Assembly (NCBI GenBank): GCA_001724265.1
Contig: MEDY01000443.1
Coordinates: 1 to 44,337 of the forward strand
Length of the DNA: 44,337 nucleotides
Source: Rhizaria sp. SCN 62-66
Taxonomy: Eukaryota
Direction: 5' to 3'
Positions 11,332 to 22,455 of this stretch are shown in pieces. The notes beneath the pieces are model-generated. The model saw nothing but the letters and a program-made list of their open reading frames with translations. It was not told the origin of the DNA and did no database searches. How positions within the stretch are numbered: the first letter of the stretch is position 1; the number at the start of each line of letters is the position of its first letter. Position numbers and translations under genes: made by a program.

Positions 11332-14300
11332 ATGGTACGTGTTTTATTTTTGTATCGTTCTATTTTTGTCGCTAATCAGACACACTGCGCTTCTATAGCC
11401 CTACTTTGCGTGTGCTCACTCTCGTCTGTTCTTTGGCTCTCCGCTCTTCACGCTGCTTTCCCCTCTCTGCCTGCGCCTATCCACAGCCGCCCCGCCGTTT
11501 CGACAAGAAGACGGCCGTGTCGTTCCACCTGGTCCCGCGTCCGCTTGACGCTAAGTTCGACCCTGACGCGCCCAAGTACTCGCTGGAGCCGAAGCGTCTC
11601 CCGGTGCACGGCACCATCGAGGACCTGCTTCCCTCAGGCTTCCCCACCGAGCTCATCTCGGGCAACGAGCACATGGACCCCACGTACGAGCGCACGTACA
11701 TTAAGGGCAACGCCGTGGACGAGGCCGCGCTGACGCCCGCGCAGCACCGCGAGGAGGCGCTGCTGGAGAAGCTCGCCAAGCGTCGCGCCGCGGGCAAGAC
11801 GGCCGACTTCGGCGGCTGGTATTCCACGCGCAAGGAGGACGAGGCTGACCACCCGCGCAGCGCCAGCGGCGTCGACGACGCGGACGGCGAGGGCTTCGAC
11901 GGCGACGAGGGCGACGAGGGCGACTGGGACGAGGAGCAGTTCGCCGACGCCGAGGTGGTCGACTTCTCACAGGAACGTCGCTCCGCCGCGGCCGCTAACG
12001 CCGCTGCGAGCGCTGTGAACAAGGCACGCGCTGCCGCCGAGGCCGCGCGCCGCGACCCCACGCCTGCGAAGATCGCCGCCGCGGCGGCCGCCGCCAAGGC
12101 CGCGGGCCTGACCGCCGCGCACGATGACGCCGACAACGAGGAGGAGCTCCCCGACCTCGACGAGGACGAGGACGAGGACGGCGATGAGCACGGCGAGGAG
12201 GAGGAAGAGGAGGAGCAGGTGACGCCCGCGGCGCGCGCGGAGATGAAGAGCATCGCGCGGCGCGCATTGCTTGAGTACTCGCGGCGCACGGGCGAGCACA
12301 TCGCCGGGCTCACCGACGAGGACGACGACGACGACGGCGGCTACGACGCAGTGACATACGACGACAAGTCCGCCCCGCACGGCGCCGACGGCTTCGACGA
12401 CGACGGCGACGAGGGTGACCTGATCGACCTCGACGAGGACCTCTACGGCGACGAGGGCGACGAGGACGACGAGGAAGAGGAGGAGTCTGGCGCGGGCGCT
12501 GGCGCGCGTGCTGGTGCCGGCAAGGGCGAGGCCGCGCGCGAGGAGATGCGCGCTATCGCCCGCCGCGCGCTGCGTGCGTACGCGCGCCGCACGGGCGAAC
12601 ACATCGACGGGCTGACCGACGACGACGAGGACGACGACGATGACGACGATGACGACGAGCGCGAACGCATCGCCTCCGTGCTCGCTGCCGCCAAGTCCGG
12701 CGCTAAGAAGCCCGCTTCCGCTGCCGCTGCCGCCGCCGTTGCCGCCGCTATTGGCTCGAAGAAGTCCGCCACTGCGGCCGCCAAGAAGGCCGAGGCCGCG
12801 CCCGCCGAGAAGGCGAAGAAGCCGCGCCGCATCCTGCCGTACTCGTACGACTACAACAAGCACTTCCGACCCATCTCCGGCACCGGCCAGTTCGTCGGCC
12901 AGAACGGCGTGCGTGTGGACCCCGAGTCGGCGCTGCCCGTCGTCCCCGCCGTGCCGCACGATGACGCCGACCTGCACGAGCTGCAGAAGTCGGGCAAGGC
13001 GGCCGCGCTGCGCGCCAAGCACGACGGCGTCATGACCTCGGCGGCGTCAGGACTGGAGATCCCTGTCGTGGCGCCCGGCAAGGGCGTGCAGATCACGTCC
13101 GACTTCCTGGAGGCGCTCGAGATGGGCAACGAGGCCGGGTTCCTGGACCTTGAGGATGACTTCTACGAGCTGGCGATGCTTGAGCCTGAGGAGGCGGACA
13201 AGATTATCCGCGAGAAGCAGGCCAAGGCGCAGGAGCTCGCGCGGCAGAAGCGCAAGACGGACGTCATCGCGGCCGCCGCGGACGACAAGCGCAAGGAGAA
13301 GGCCCGTGCCGCCGCCGCCGCCGCCGCCGCCGCCGCGTCCGCCGCCGCCGCCGCCGCGCAGGCCAAGGCTAAGGCGAAGGCGCTGTCCCCCGAGGACGAC
13401 GGCGACGGGGAGGACGAAGATGTCGATGATGAGCTCGATGGCGAGAACATGGTGCTCGATGATGCCGGTAACCTTTACGAGGCGGGCGTTGTCATCGAGG
13501 ATGAGCAGGGCGTCTCGCTGTCCGATTCCGACTCTGAGGCCGGCTCGGACGACGACGACAACCCGGAGGCGATCATGCGCCGCCAGCGCCGCCGCGCGGC
13601 GCGCGCCGCGGCCCGCGCGGCCGCCGCGGGGGGCATCTACGACGACGAGAAAGCCTTTTTCGACGACAACGACCTGGACGACAACATGTCGTTCGACCCG
13701 CACGCGTACCTGCAGACGGGCGCGATCGCGACGCTGCGCGACGAGCTGGCGGCAGTGGGCGGCGCCGAGGCGCTCAAGGGCGTCAAGCTGCCCGCGGGGC
13801 TGAGCGCGGCTAAGAGCCAGGAGCTGCTGGAGAAGATGCAGCTCATGGCGCTCATGGAGGAGTACGACGACGATGGCGAGATCGGCGAGCAGCAGGACGC
13901 TGACGATGACGACGACGAGGCCTATGACGACGACGACGACTTCGAGGGCGACGAGGGCGATGACGCCTACTACGGCGACGAGGACGAGGATGGCGAGCTT
14001 GCCGACGAGGACGACGAGGACGCAGCTGAGGCCCGTCGCGCGCGCCGCGCTCGCGGCCCTGCCGGCGGTGCCCGCGCCCGCAAGGCGGCCAAGGCGGCGC
14101 GCGCGGCGGCGGAGATGTACGAGGACGAGAACGGGATGGCGGTGAATCCCGAGGGTATGGACATGGACGAATTCTTGGCCAAGCACACCGACGATCTCGA
14201 CGAGGCGACAATGACGGGCCCCACGCGCCGCAAGCTCCAGCTCAACGAGAAGCGCGTCGTCGTCATGTCGGCCGCCGAGAAGGAGGCCGTGCGCGCAAAG

Positions 14301-15131
14301 TCGCTCTCCACCCTGGCCTTGGTGATGGAGAAGCAGGCCGAGGAGGAGGCCGACGCGGCGGGCATTGCTCGCGCCATCGATGCGCAGTTCAAGCGCCCGG
14401 CCAAGGAGAAGTGGGACACCGAGTCGATTGTGTCGACTTACTCCAACACCAACAACATCCCCGTGCTGATCCGCGAGGTGCGCGTGCGCGCGGGCGCCAA
14501 GGGCAAGATCGCGCTCACCCGCGACGGCGAGATCCCCGCGGGCGTGCTCAAGAAGCACCGTGACCAAGTCAAGGCCTCCGCAGAGGCCGCGCGCGCCGCC
14601 AAGAACGCCGCCGTGGCCGCCGCGAGCGGGCTCGGCGCCGTCGCCGAGGCCGAGGGCGAGGACGAGGACGACGAGGACGCGGCCGCCGAGAAGCTGAAGC
14701 AGCAGCAGCGCGTTGGCGGGCCGATCATGGTCGACGAGGAAGACATGTCGTTGGCCGGCCGCGCCGCCGCCAAGGCCAAGGCGCTCGCCGCCGCGCGCAC
14801 GGCCGAGAACAAGGCCGCCCGCGAGGCCGCCGCTGCGACCGTCGATAGCGCCACGGCGACTGGGTTCACCTCGCTGGTGACCGAGGAGGAGGACGAGGAC
14901 GAAGACGATGACATGGGCGCGGGCATGGTTGCCGACACGGCCAACTTCGACCGCCGCGGGATGAGTAAGGAGGCCAAGAAGGCGCACAAGGCGGCCGTCA
15001 AGGCCGAGCAGGCCGCGGCGCGCCAGCGCAAGCGCGCGACCAAGGATATGTTCACTGCCGAGGGCCAGATCCAGGCTAAGATGCACGCCAACAACGCGCT
15101 CGGCCGCGCTTCCGTCAAGAAGTTCTTCTGA
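11332..15131 (+). CDS. LTV1: LTV1 40S biogenesis factor, expanded acidic form; exons 11332-11334 (ATG only) and 11487-15131 (~1215 aa)
   Basis: N-terminus MPPRRFDKKTAVSFHLVPR, central LEDDF and C-terminal EKWDTESIVSTYSNTNNIPVLI plus a basic coiled tail match LTV1 motifs. Intron 11335-11486 (GTACGT...CAG). Confidence 0.88.
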
Positions 15132-16167
15132 ACACGGAGACAGGCACCACATTACTGCAGCGCGTTGAATGTATCGCTCGATTGTCTTCAAATGTATTGG
15201 TCTGTATGTATCTAATCAAATCCTGTCATTACATCACCATCACTCTCAGCTTCGGTCTCTGTGACCGACCGGTGACTGCCATGCTGAGGGCGACACATCG
15301 ATACGCATATGGGAAGCAGCGAGCAGCTGAGTTAGGGCCATGGTGTTACGTTTCAGCAAAGCAGGTCAGTGCGCGCATGATGTCGCGACGATGCTTCTGT
15401 GTAACACCATGGAAGGCTTACTAGGAAAAACAAAGAATACAACAACAACAATAATATCAAGTTATTTCGGTTCAAGATCCGCCTTTAACGATACGCCACT
15501 CTGTGATGTAGATGTGGAGCCAAAGTTTGTATCTATTTCGCTTGCTTGTACGTATGAGTGTGAGGGAAAACAATGATGTGACACATCACCGTGACTGGTG
15601 ACGGCGGCAAAGCGAGCACCGGCAAAAAAGCGGCGTGCTTAGGCGCTCTGAGCCCAGTCTCAATGAGATGATTGCGGGATGATAAAGCCAACTTGGGATT
15701 TGTTTATGTTGTGACATGTTAGATTTTTTAAAGTATCTGTTTGCACGCTATTTCTTTAAGCTGTAAGTGGGTGGGATGGGGATGAAATCTAATCCGGCGT
15801 TTCCCCCCTTCGTGGAGATCATCGGAGCACGCCGTGCTTTTTCCGTGTTACGCCCCGTTTGTCCTTAAAGACGAGGATTAGCGCTTTAATGAAAAAGTAT
15901 AGCAGTGCCATTGTTCCGGGGCGCGGTGTTGCAACAAATCTATCTGCGCCGACGGTTTATGATAGGCTGGAGCGACGCTCTAAAATTTATTTCTTCCCTC
16001 TTCGAGAGCCAGCTAAGATCCGGATGTTACGCGGATACGCCCGTTCACCATCATAGTTCCTTTGCGTAGTTTTATTTCGTATGCATACTACGAAAACACT
16101 AATTAAATTATAATATCCTTTGAATTTTTCTCTATACCTTCCGCGTATATTGTGTCTGCATCGTAGA

Positions 16168-18079
16168 ATGCTCGGCCGTACCACGTTTGCCAAGGGCCTC
16201 CGTGCCCTTGCGGGCAAGACCACCGCCTTTACCCCCAAGTGCGCCTCTCTTTCCGCCACTGCCGCCGCAGTTACCCGCGCCCCTCTCCGCGCGCACGCTG
16301 TCGTGGCCACCGGCCCCCCGCGCGCCACCCCCGCCGCCGCTGCCGCCGCGTCGGCCTCGTTCGCTGCCTTCACCTCGAGCGCCACGTCATCCTCCGCCAC
16401 CGCCACCGCCGCTGCCGCTGCCCCCGCTGCTGCCGTCGCGTCCTCGACCATCGGCGGGTTCTCGTCCCCGCGCCTGCCCCGCGGCAACAAGACGTCGGTG
16501 ATGTTCACCCTGCGCGACGAGCCCGGCGCTCTGCAGGAGTCGCTCAACATCTTCGCCAAGCACAACATCAACCTCTCGCGCCTCGAGACCAAACCGTGCC
16601 TGCACTCGACCGACTACGAGTTCCACGTCGACTTCGACGGGCTGCCCTCGCACCCCAACGTGCAGGCGCTTCTGGCCGACCTGCGCGCGCAGGCGCACCA
16701 GGTGAACATCCTCGAGTCGAAGAAGGTCGCCTGGTTCCCGCGTCACAAGCGCGACCTCGACGTCATCGCCAACGACATCCTCGCCGCCGGCTCTGACCTC
16801 GACTCCGACCACCCGGGCTTCTCCGACCCGCAGTACCGCGCGCGCCGCGCCGAGCAGACCCAGCTCGCGCTCGACTACCGCTACGGCAACTCCATCCCCA
16901 AGTACGTCCACTTACAATGCAAGCTCAAGTTGAAACAAAAGATATATTCATTCACTGGTGTAAAGGCTAATTTATGAAAAGAGATACGAGTCATATATGT
17001 TTATATCTTGACATTGAGTTTGATTCATTACTCACTCATCTTTGTGTCGTCAACGTTTGTTTTGTTTTTTGTCTTGTTTGTTATCGCAAGGATCAACTAC
17101 ACGGCCGCCGAGGTGGCGTGCTGGGGCGAGGTGTACACGAAGCTGCGCGCGCTGCACGAGGAGCACGCCTGCGCCGAGCACATGCGCCTGCTGCCGCTGT
17201 TTGAGGCCAACTGCGGCTACCGTGCTGACAACATCCCGCAACTGCAGGACATCAGCGACTTCCTGTCTGAGTGCACGGGCTTCACCATCCGCCCCGTTGC
17301 CGGGCTGCTGTCGACGCGCAACTTCCTCTACGGACTCGCGTTCCGCACCTTTTTCTCCACGCAGTACCTGCGCCACCACAGCAAGCCGCTCTACACGCCT
17401 GAGCCCGACCTCGTGCACGAGATCATGGGCCACGTGCCCCTCTTCGCGGACCAGGTACGTGTCGATACATCTCTACAATGTAATGTTTTATGTGAGACGA
17501 CATTGACAGTGATCTAGGTATCTCTATTATCTATCTTAATAAGGACGTTTTTTTCTCACAATGCTTCTTGTATGGTGTTATATGCGCGCATTATATTCAC
17601 AGGACTTCGCTGACTTCTCGCAGGAGATCGGCCTGGCGGCGATCGGCGCGACGGACGAGCAGATCGAGGAGCTGGGCCGCTGCTACTGGTTCTCGGTCGA
17701 GTTCGGCCTCTGCAAGCAGGGCGACGCGCTCAAGGCCTACGGCGCTGGTCTGCTGTCGTCGTTCGGCGAGCTCAAGTACTCGCTGGGCATGGACCCCGAG
17801 GCCAAGCCCGAGCTGCGCAAGTTCGACCCCTTTGCGACGGCGAAGCAGACGTACCCGATCACGACGTACCAACCCATCTACTACGTCGCCGAGTCGTTCC
17901 AGGACATGAAGACGCAGATGAAGCATTTTTCGCGCTCGCTCTCGCGTCCCTTCAACGTGCGCTACAACCCCTATACGGCCACGCTCGACATCGACGCCAA
18001 CGTCAAGTGCGAGGATCACGTTGCCACTGGCAAGCTCGACGTCTACGGACAGGACAAGGGCTACGCCAATACCGTCTAA
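16168..18079 (+). CDS. PAH: Aromatic amino acid hydroxylase (phenylalanine-4-hydroxylase type) with ACT domain and N-terminal extension; exons 16168-16901, 17091-17454, 17603-18079 (~524 aa)
   Basis: ACT domain (GALQESLNIFAKHNINLSRLETKP); WFPR; LDSDHPGFSDPQYRARR; STQYLRHHSKPLYTPEPDLVHEIMGHVP with the iron-ligand His pair; YWFSVEFGL; KAYGAGLLSSFGEL. Two frame-preserving GTACGT introns. Confidence 0.93.
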
Positions 18080-18571
18080 AGGCTCCCATTGTATAAGTGG
18101 CCCTTCTTCAGGTCTGCCACAGGTCGACTGACTTGAGTGAGTGAGTGGCTCTAGCTACCTATGAGACTTCATTCACTTTCACTTTCACGTGTTTTTCAGT
18201 TCGATTATATTTTATTCCATTTGAAATTTTGTCTCTGCTGTTTCTGTTCTTGTGTGTTGACTGACTAGGTAGGCGCAACAACAACAGATAATGAGCTTTC
18301 TTTCGTTTCGTTACTTTTTTTACCACAGCTCAAACAGTTGTTGAATGATTACGTATAGTTATGCCAATTTAGAGTATTTAGATTCCATCATACAATTGTA
18401 TCCGTTTTAAATAAGCAAAAGAATGTAGGCAAAAAATGCTCTGAGCGAATAAGATGGATGTTAACATAAAATAGATTGTATTTGTTGTATACGGCCTTTG
18501 TCGTGCTGGCCATCCAACCTGCAGCTGCACTGCGCGCCTTAGAGTTTGCTGTCTCTTCCACACCTTTCCGT

Positions 18572-20644
18572 TCACTTGGCGAAGCGGTGCGAGCGGACGA
18601 CGTTCTTGTTGATACCGCGCGACTCGCCGGAGTACTCGTCGCCCTGCTTGCCCTTGTAGCGCTGCACCTGCGACTTGGCCTTGCCCTCGGCGACGCTGGC
18701 GCGGTGGCGAGACTGCGTCCTGACCGACTTGTACTTGGACGGCCGGTTGACGATGAGACCGCGGTTCTTCATGATCTCCGCACCGATGTGGCGGCGCTCG
18801 CCCTGCTCCGCCAGGTCACGCTCGTCGTGCTTGATCTCGTACTCGGCCTCAGCCAGCAACTGCTTCGTCTTGGCCGACGCAGAGCGCTGCGCAGCCGCCT
18901 CCTTGAGCGCCTCGTAGTACTGCGTGTCGGCGTCGTTGAAGTCCTCCTGCGTGTGCGCGCCGCCACCGGCGCCGCGGTCGTTCTCGTAGCCGTCATCGTC
19001 GCCGTCGTCGTCGCCGCCGTCGTCGTCCGAGAGCCCGTCGCCGATCTGCCCAGGGCGGCGTGCGCGGAGCTCCGCCAGCGCGCGCGCGTTGCGCTCGGCG
19101 TCGGCGCGCGCGCGCTTCTCGACGTGCACGATCTCGTTGAGGTCCGCGAAGTCGTCGAAGGCGTCCATGACCGAGATCTGCTCCGCCTGCTTGCGGCGCT
19201 TCTTGCTCTCCTTGGTGTCGTTGAGGCGCATGTAGTGCGCCTCCTCGAACTCGCGCCGGTCCTTGTCGAACTGGTCGAGCTTCGCCAGCCGGAGCGCGCC
19301 CGTGGTCTCTTCCTCGGGGCGGTCCGACATCTCGCGGCGCAGCTCTTGGATGAGCTGCGAGCCCGCGGCGCGGCGCGCGCGGCGCTCCTTCTCGGCCGCC
19401 GCGCGCCCGGCAAGCTTGGCCATGGCGGTGTCGTGCGCGATCGCCGCCGCGCCCAGCAGACGGCTGCCGCGGGACGCGGTGCCGGCGGCGGCCTCGTCGT
19501 CGGAGCCCATTTCCTCGTCACTGCCGCCGTCGCCCAGCGCGGAGAGCGCCTTCTTGCCGCTCTTCTTGCCCGCCGTGACAGTGGCGGCCATGGCGGCCAG
19601 CGAAGGCTTGTAGCCCAGCATCGCCGCGCCAGTCGCGGGGACCGCGGCGGCCGCGGCAGCAGCGGCTGCGGCGGCGTCGGCCACGGTGGTGTTGGAGCCC
19701 GCGCCGAGCGCGCCGGCCTTGAGCAGCTTCTGGACCTGGTAGCGCAGCTGCTTGTCCACAGGGCGCATCTTCTCGAGCGTGACGCGGATGTGCACGAGGC
19801 GCTTCACAACGGGGTGCGACGCCACGGATCGGCCCTCGGTGCGCAGCAGCAGGTAGAAGGCGAGGTTCACGCAGTACGAGACGAGGAGCTGGTGCTTGAG
19901 CTCGAGGAACGAGATACCGTCCTTGGTGGCCAGATCCGTGGCACCCGCGACCCCCGCGGCGGCGGCGGCGCGCACGCGCTCGAGCAGCGGCTGCACCTCG
20001 ACGCGGAGCTCCTTGACGCGCGTCGTGTACTCGTCCAACAGTGCCAGCAGCTCGGGCGAGTCTGCGATCACCTGGCGCACCTTCTCATCCTTGGTCAGGT
20101 CGCCGCCCGCAGCGGCGGCCGCCGCGGCGGCGGCCTTAGCAGACTTCTTGCCGGCAGCGGCGCCCGCGGCAGCGCCGGAGGTCTTCTTGGCGGCGGCAAG
20201 GACGTCTGCGAGGCCGAAGTCGTGCTCGCTGAGGGCCTTGGCCTGCTCGCGCTGGATCTTGATCGCCTCGCGCTCCTCGATGCGCTCCACCATCTCCTGC
20301 TCGTCCTTGTTGTACTCGCTCGCGTTATCGGCGTCGTAGTAGTCCTCGCGCAGCTTACCCCAGGACTTGCTCTGGCGCTCGAGCTCGGCGAGCTTCTTGT
20401 CGCGGATGCGGTCCCAGCGGCTCGAGTCCTGCGGGAGGGAATCCTCGTCCTCGTCAGAGTCGGCGAGCGCCATGACTTCGGTGTTGACGTGGGCGTCGTT
20501 GTCGTCGTCGGAGCCGTTGTTGATCTTGATTTCGTCGTCAGAGTCACCGAAGTTCTTCCAGGAGTCCTCGTCAACGTTGATTTTGGTCTCCTTGAGCACC
20601 GGCTTTGTCGTGGCCGCGATGGCAGCCTTCTTGCCGCGCTTCAT
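18572..20644 (-). CDS. UTP3: SSU processome component Sas10/Utp3 (~690 aa)
   Basis: SWGKLREDYYDAD motif; Sas10/Utp3/C1D domain (FLELKHQLLVSYCVNLAFYLLL...HPVVKRLVHIRVTLEKMRPVDKQL); Sas10 C-terminal domain (RHIGAEIMKNRGL...YSGESRGINKNVVRSHRF). The start is uncertain because a splice acceptor at 20656/20653 may link to a short upstream exon. Confidence 0.9.
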   Translation of the reverse strand: MKRGKKAAIAATTKPVLKETKINVDEDSWKNFGDSDDEIKINNGSDDDNDAHVNTEVMALADSDEDEDSLPQDSSRWDRIRDKKLAELERQSKSWGKLREDYYDADNASEYNKDEQEMVERIEEREAIKIQREQAKALSEHDFGLADVLAAAKKTSGAAAGAAAGKKSAKAAAAAAAAAGGDLTKDEKVRQVIADSPELLALLDEYTTRVKELRVEVQPLLERVRAAAAAGVAGATDLATKDGISFLELKHQLLVSYCVNLAFYLLLRTEGRSVASHPVVKRLVHIRVTLEKMRPVDKQLRYQVQKLLKAGALGAGSNTTVADAAAAAAAAAAAVPATGAAMLGYKPSLAAMAATVTAGKKSGKKALSALGDGGSDEEMGSDDEAAAGTASRGSRLLGAAAIAHDTAMAKLAGRAAAEKERRARRAAGSQLIQELRREMSDRPEEETTGALRLAKLDQFDKDRREFEEAHYMRLNDTKESKKRRKQAEQISVMDAFDDFADLNEIVHVEKRARADAERNARALAELRARRPGQIGDGLSDDDGGDDDGDDDGYENDRGAGGGAHTQEDFNDADTQYYEALKEAAAQRSASAKTKQLLAEAEYEIKHDERDLAEQGERRHIGAEIMKNRGLIVNRPSKYKSVRTQSRHRASVAEGKAKSQVQRYKGKQGDEYSGESRGINKNVVRSHRFAK

Positions 20645-21339
20645 TGGCTTGGCTGCTGGGCAGGAGGAAGAGAGCAACGAAGGAAAGAAGGGTGTGTTAG
20701 TGGAAGCAACAGGAGAAGTTAGAAAGAGTTATGCGGGAAATAACTAAAATTTATAAATACAATCGCTTATATAGTTTCCAAATTTCCGTGTTGAATAAGA
20801 AATTAACGATGACAGCGCTCACCCGACACCAATTCCGTCACGGTCCGATTCATCGGGCAAAAGAAGGCCGCGACGAGCTGCTCGCTCTGCGTTCGCAAAA
20901 AAACCACTTGGCCTCTGCTTCGACTTAACGAAGGATTTTTGTCAGAATGCCATAGGCGATTGGATTCAATTATACCGTGCGGGGGCACATAATGTCACAG
21001 TTATTTGTTTTGCAACGATTTCTCGTCAGAGCTCACTACTAATAGTAGTCGAAATACTCACGGCGGTGGGGTTTATCGCGCTGTTTTAGAGCATGTTTTT
21101 CGTCAACAGGCGAAGTTGCCTTGGCGGCGCCTTTGCTATGCCCGCGCTTCAAAATCTGGATTTCAGTCTTTACCTGCATGGTTTGTAACCACATACTGTT
21201 TTCGCTCAACGGCATTTATCTTATCTACTATGTACCGTGTCTTCATCGCTTGTGTCGTTCGTTTTACTCTTGTATAGGTTCACTCAAGGGGTTGTTCAAA
21301 TCCTGCGCCTCATCCTTCCCGCAACCTTGACGGAGCTTT

Positions 21340-22455
21340 ATGCCTCGTGTTAAGGCGCCCGTTAACCCAGCCACTCTTTCTGCCACAGTCGGCGTAGTAA
21401 ACCCAGTCTGTAAGCCTTCCGCGCCACTTTGCGCGAAGGTTTCCGCCCACCCCGCCGTCCCTACAGGCCCTTCGGCCGTGCCGCGCGAGCTTCAGTCTGT
21501 CGCGCGTCGTCCGCCGTCCCAGGCGAGCCAAACTTCTCCCGCGTCCGCTTCCGACGCCGGTTCCATCGATCCCGTCTTGCATTTAACCTCGTCACCGCCT
21601 GAAAGCACCGCCACTTCGTCAGACTCGGCCGCGACCCCGCTCGATACTTCGGCTCTCTCCCTGATGGCCTCGACCACCATCTCGCTGCCCGCCGCGCCCG
21701 CGCCCGCGTCCACGCGCGATGCGCCTACCGTCGGCTCTCCGGGCGCCTGCAACCGCACTACCACGCCCTCCAGCGTTACCGGCGCCGCGCAGCCGCAGCC
21801 GCAGCAACACCAGCAGCATCAGCACTCCGCCTCCGGCTCCAGCCCTTCCAACGCGACGGCCACCGCTGGCGCGGGCGCTGGTGGATCGCACCTGCAGCGC
21901 GGGCGCCGCGCGCGCAACCCCGCGCCGCCGAAGGAGCACATGCTGACCTGGCCGCGTCTGCCCGGCAACACCAACAGTAGCAATAATAGCACCAGCAACG
22001 GCGCCTCCACGTCCAAGGCGACTAACGGCGGCGCCGGCAATGGCGATGACGACGACGACGACGGCACCGCATCGACCGCGCACGACGCCGCCGCGCTGGC
22101 CGCCGCCGAGGCCGCGGCCGCCGCCGTTGCCGCGGCCGCCGCGGAGACGATCGCAGCCAACGCCGCGGCCACGAACGCGGGCGTGAGCTCCACTGGCACG
22201 CGTCAGGGCCAGTCGAGCTCGATCTCGACCAGCCGCAACACGAACCCCTTCCGCGGCGCCGGCAACAAGACCGGCAGCAACAACAACAATGGCAACAATA
22301 GTCACAGCCACCACAACGGCCACGCTAACGGCCTCGCCAACGGCAACGGCAACAGCAACGGCCACAGCAACGGCAACGGCAGCCACCCGCACGGCCGCTC
22401 GCTCTGCGGCGGCGCGGCGGGCAACACCACGCCCGGCGTGCCACCACGACCGTGA
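21340..22455 (+). CDS. Low-complexity S/T/A/N/G/H-rich ORF (371 aa), probably the 5' part of the downstream exonuclease-like gene
   Basis: Codon usage resembles the other genes (GCC/GGC/AAC rich); no recognisable domain. Its TGA overlaps the ATG of the next ORF. Confidence 0.6.
   Translation: MPRVKAPVNPATLSATVGVVNPVCKPSAPLCAKVSAHPAVPTGPSAVPRELQSVARRPPSQASQTSPASASDAGSIDPVLHLTSSPPESTATSSDSAATPLDTSALSLMASTTISLPAAPAPASTRDAPTVGSPGACNRTTTPSSVTGAAQPQPQQHQQHQHSASGSSPSNATATAGAGAGGSHLQRGRRARNPAPPKEHMLTWPRLPGNTNSSNNSTSNGASTSKATNGGAGNGDDDDDDGTASTAHDAAALAAAEAAAAAVAAAAAETIAANAAATNAGVSSTGTRQGQSSSISTSRNTNPFRGAGNKTGSNNNNGNNSHSHHNGHANGLANGNGNSNGHSNGNGSHPHGRSLCGGAAGNTTPGVPPRP

Noticed and set aside
13047-15191. 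Long antisense or alternative-frame ORFs (e.g. 13047-15191 -, 18476-20722 +, 23190-25934 -, 6998-8842 -, 37570-39009 -)
   Set aside because: They are shadows of real genes: very high GC3 makes TTA, CTA and TCA rare on the sense strand, so the antisense frame stays open. The translations have no recognisable motifs.
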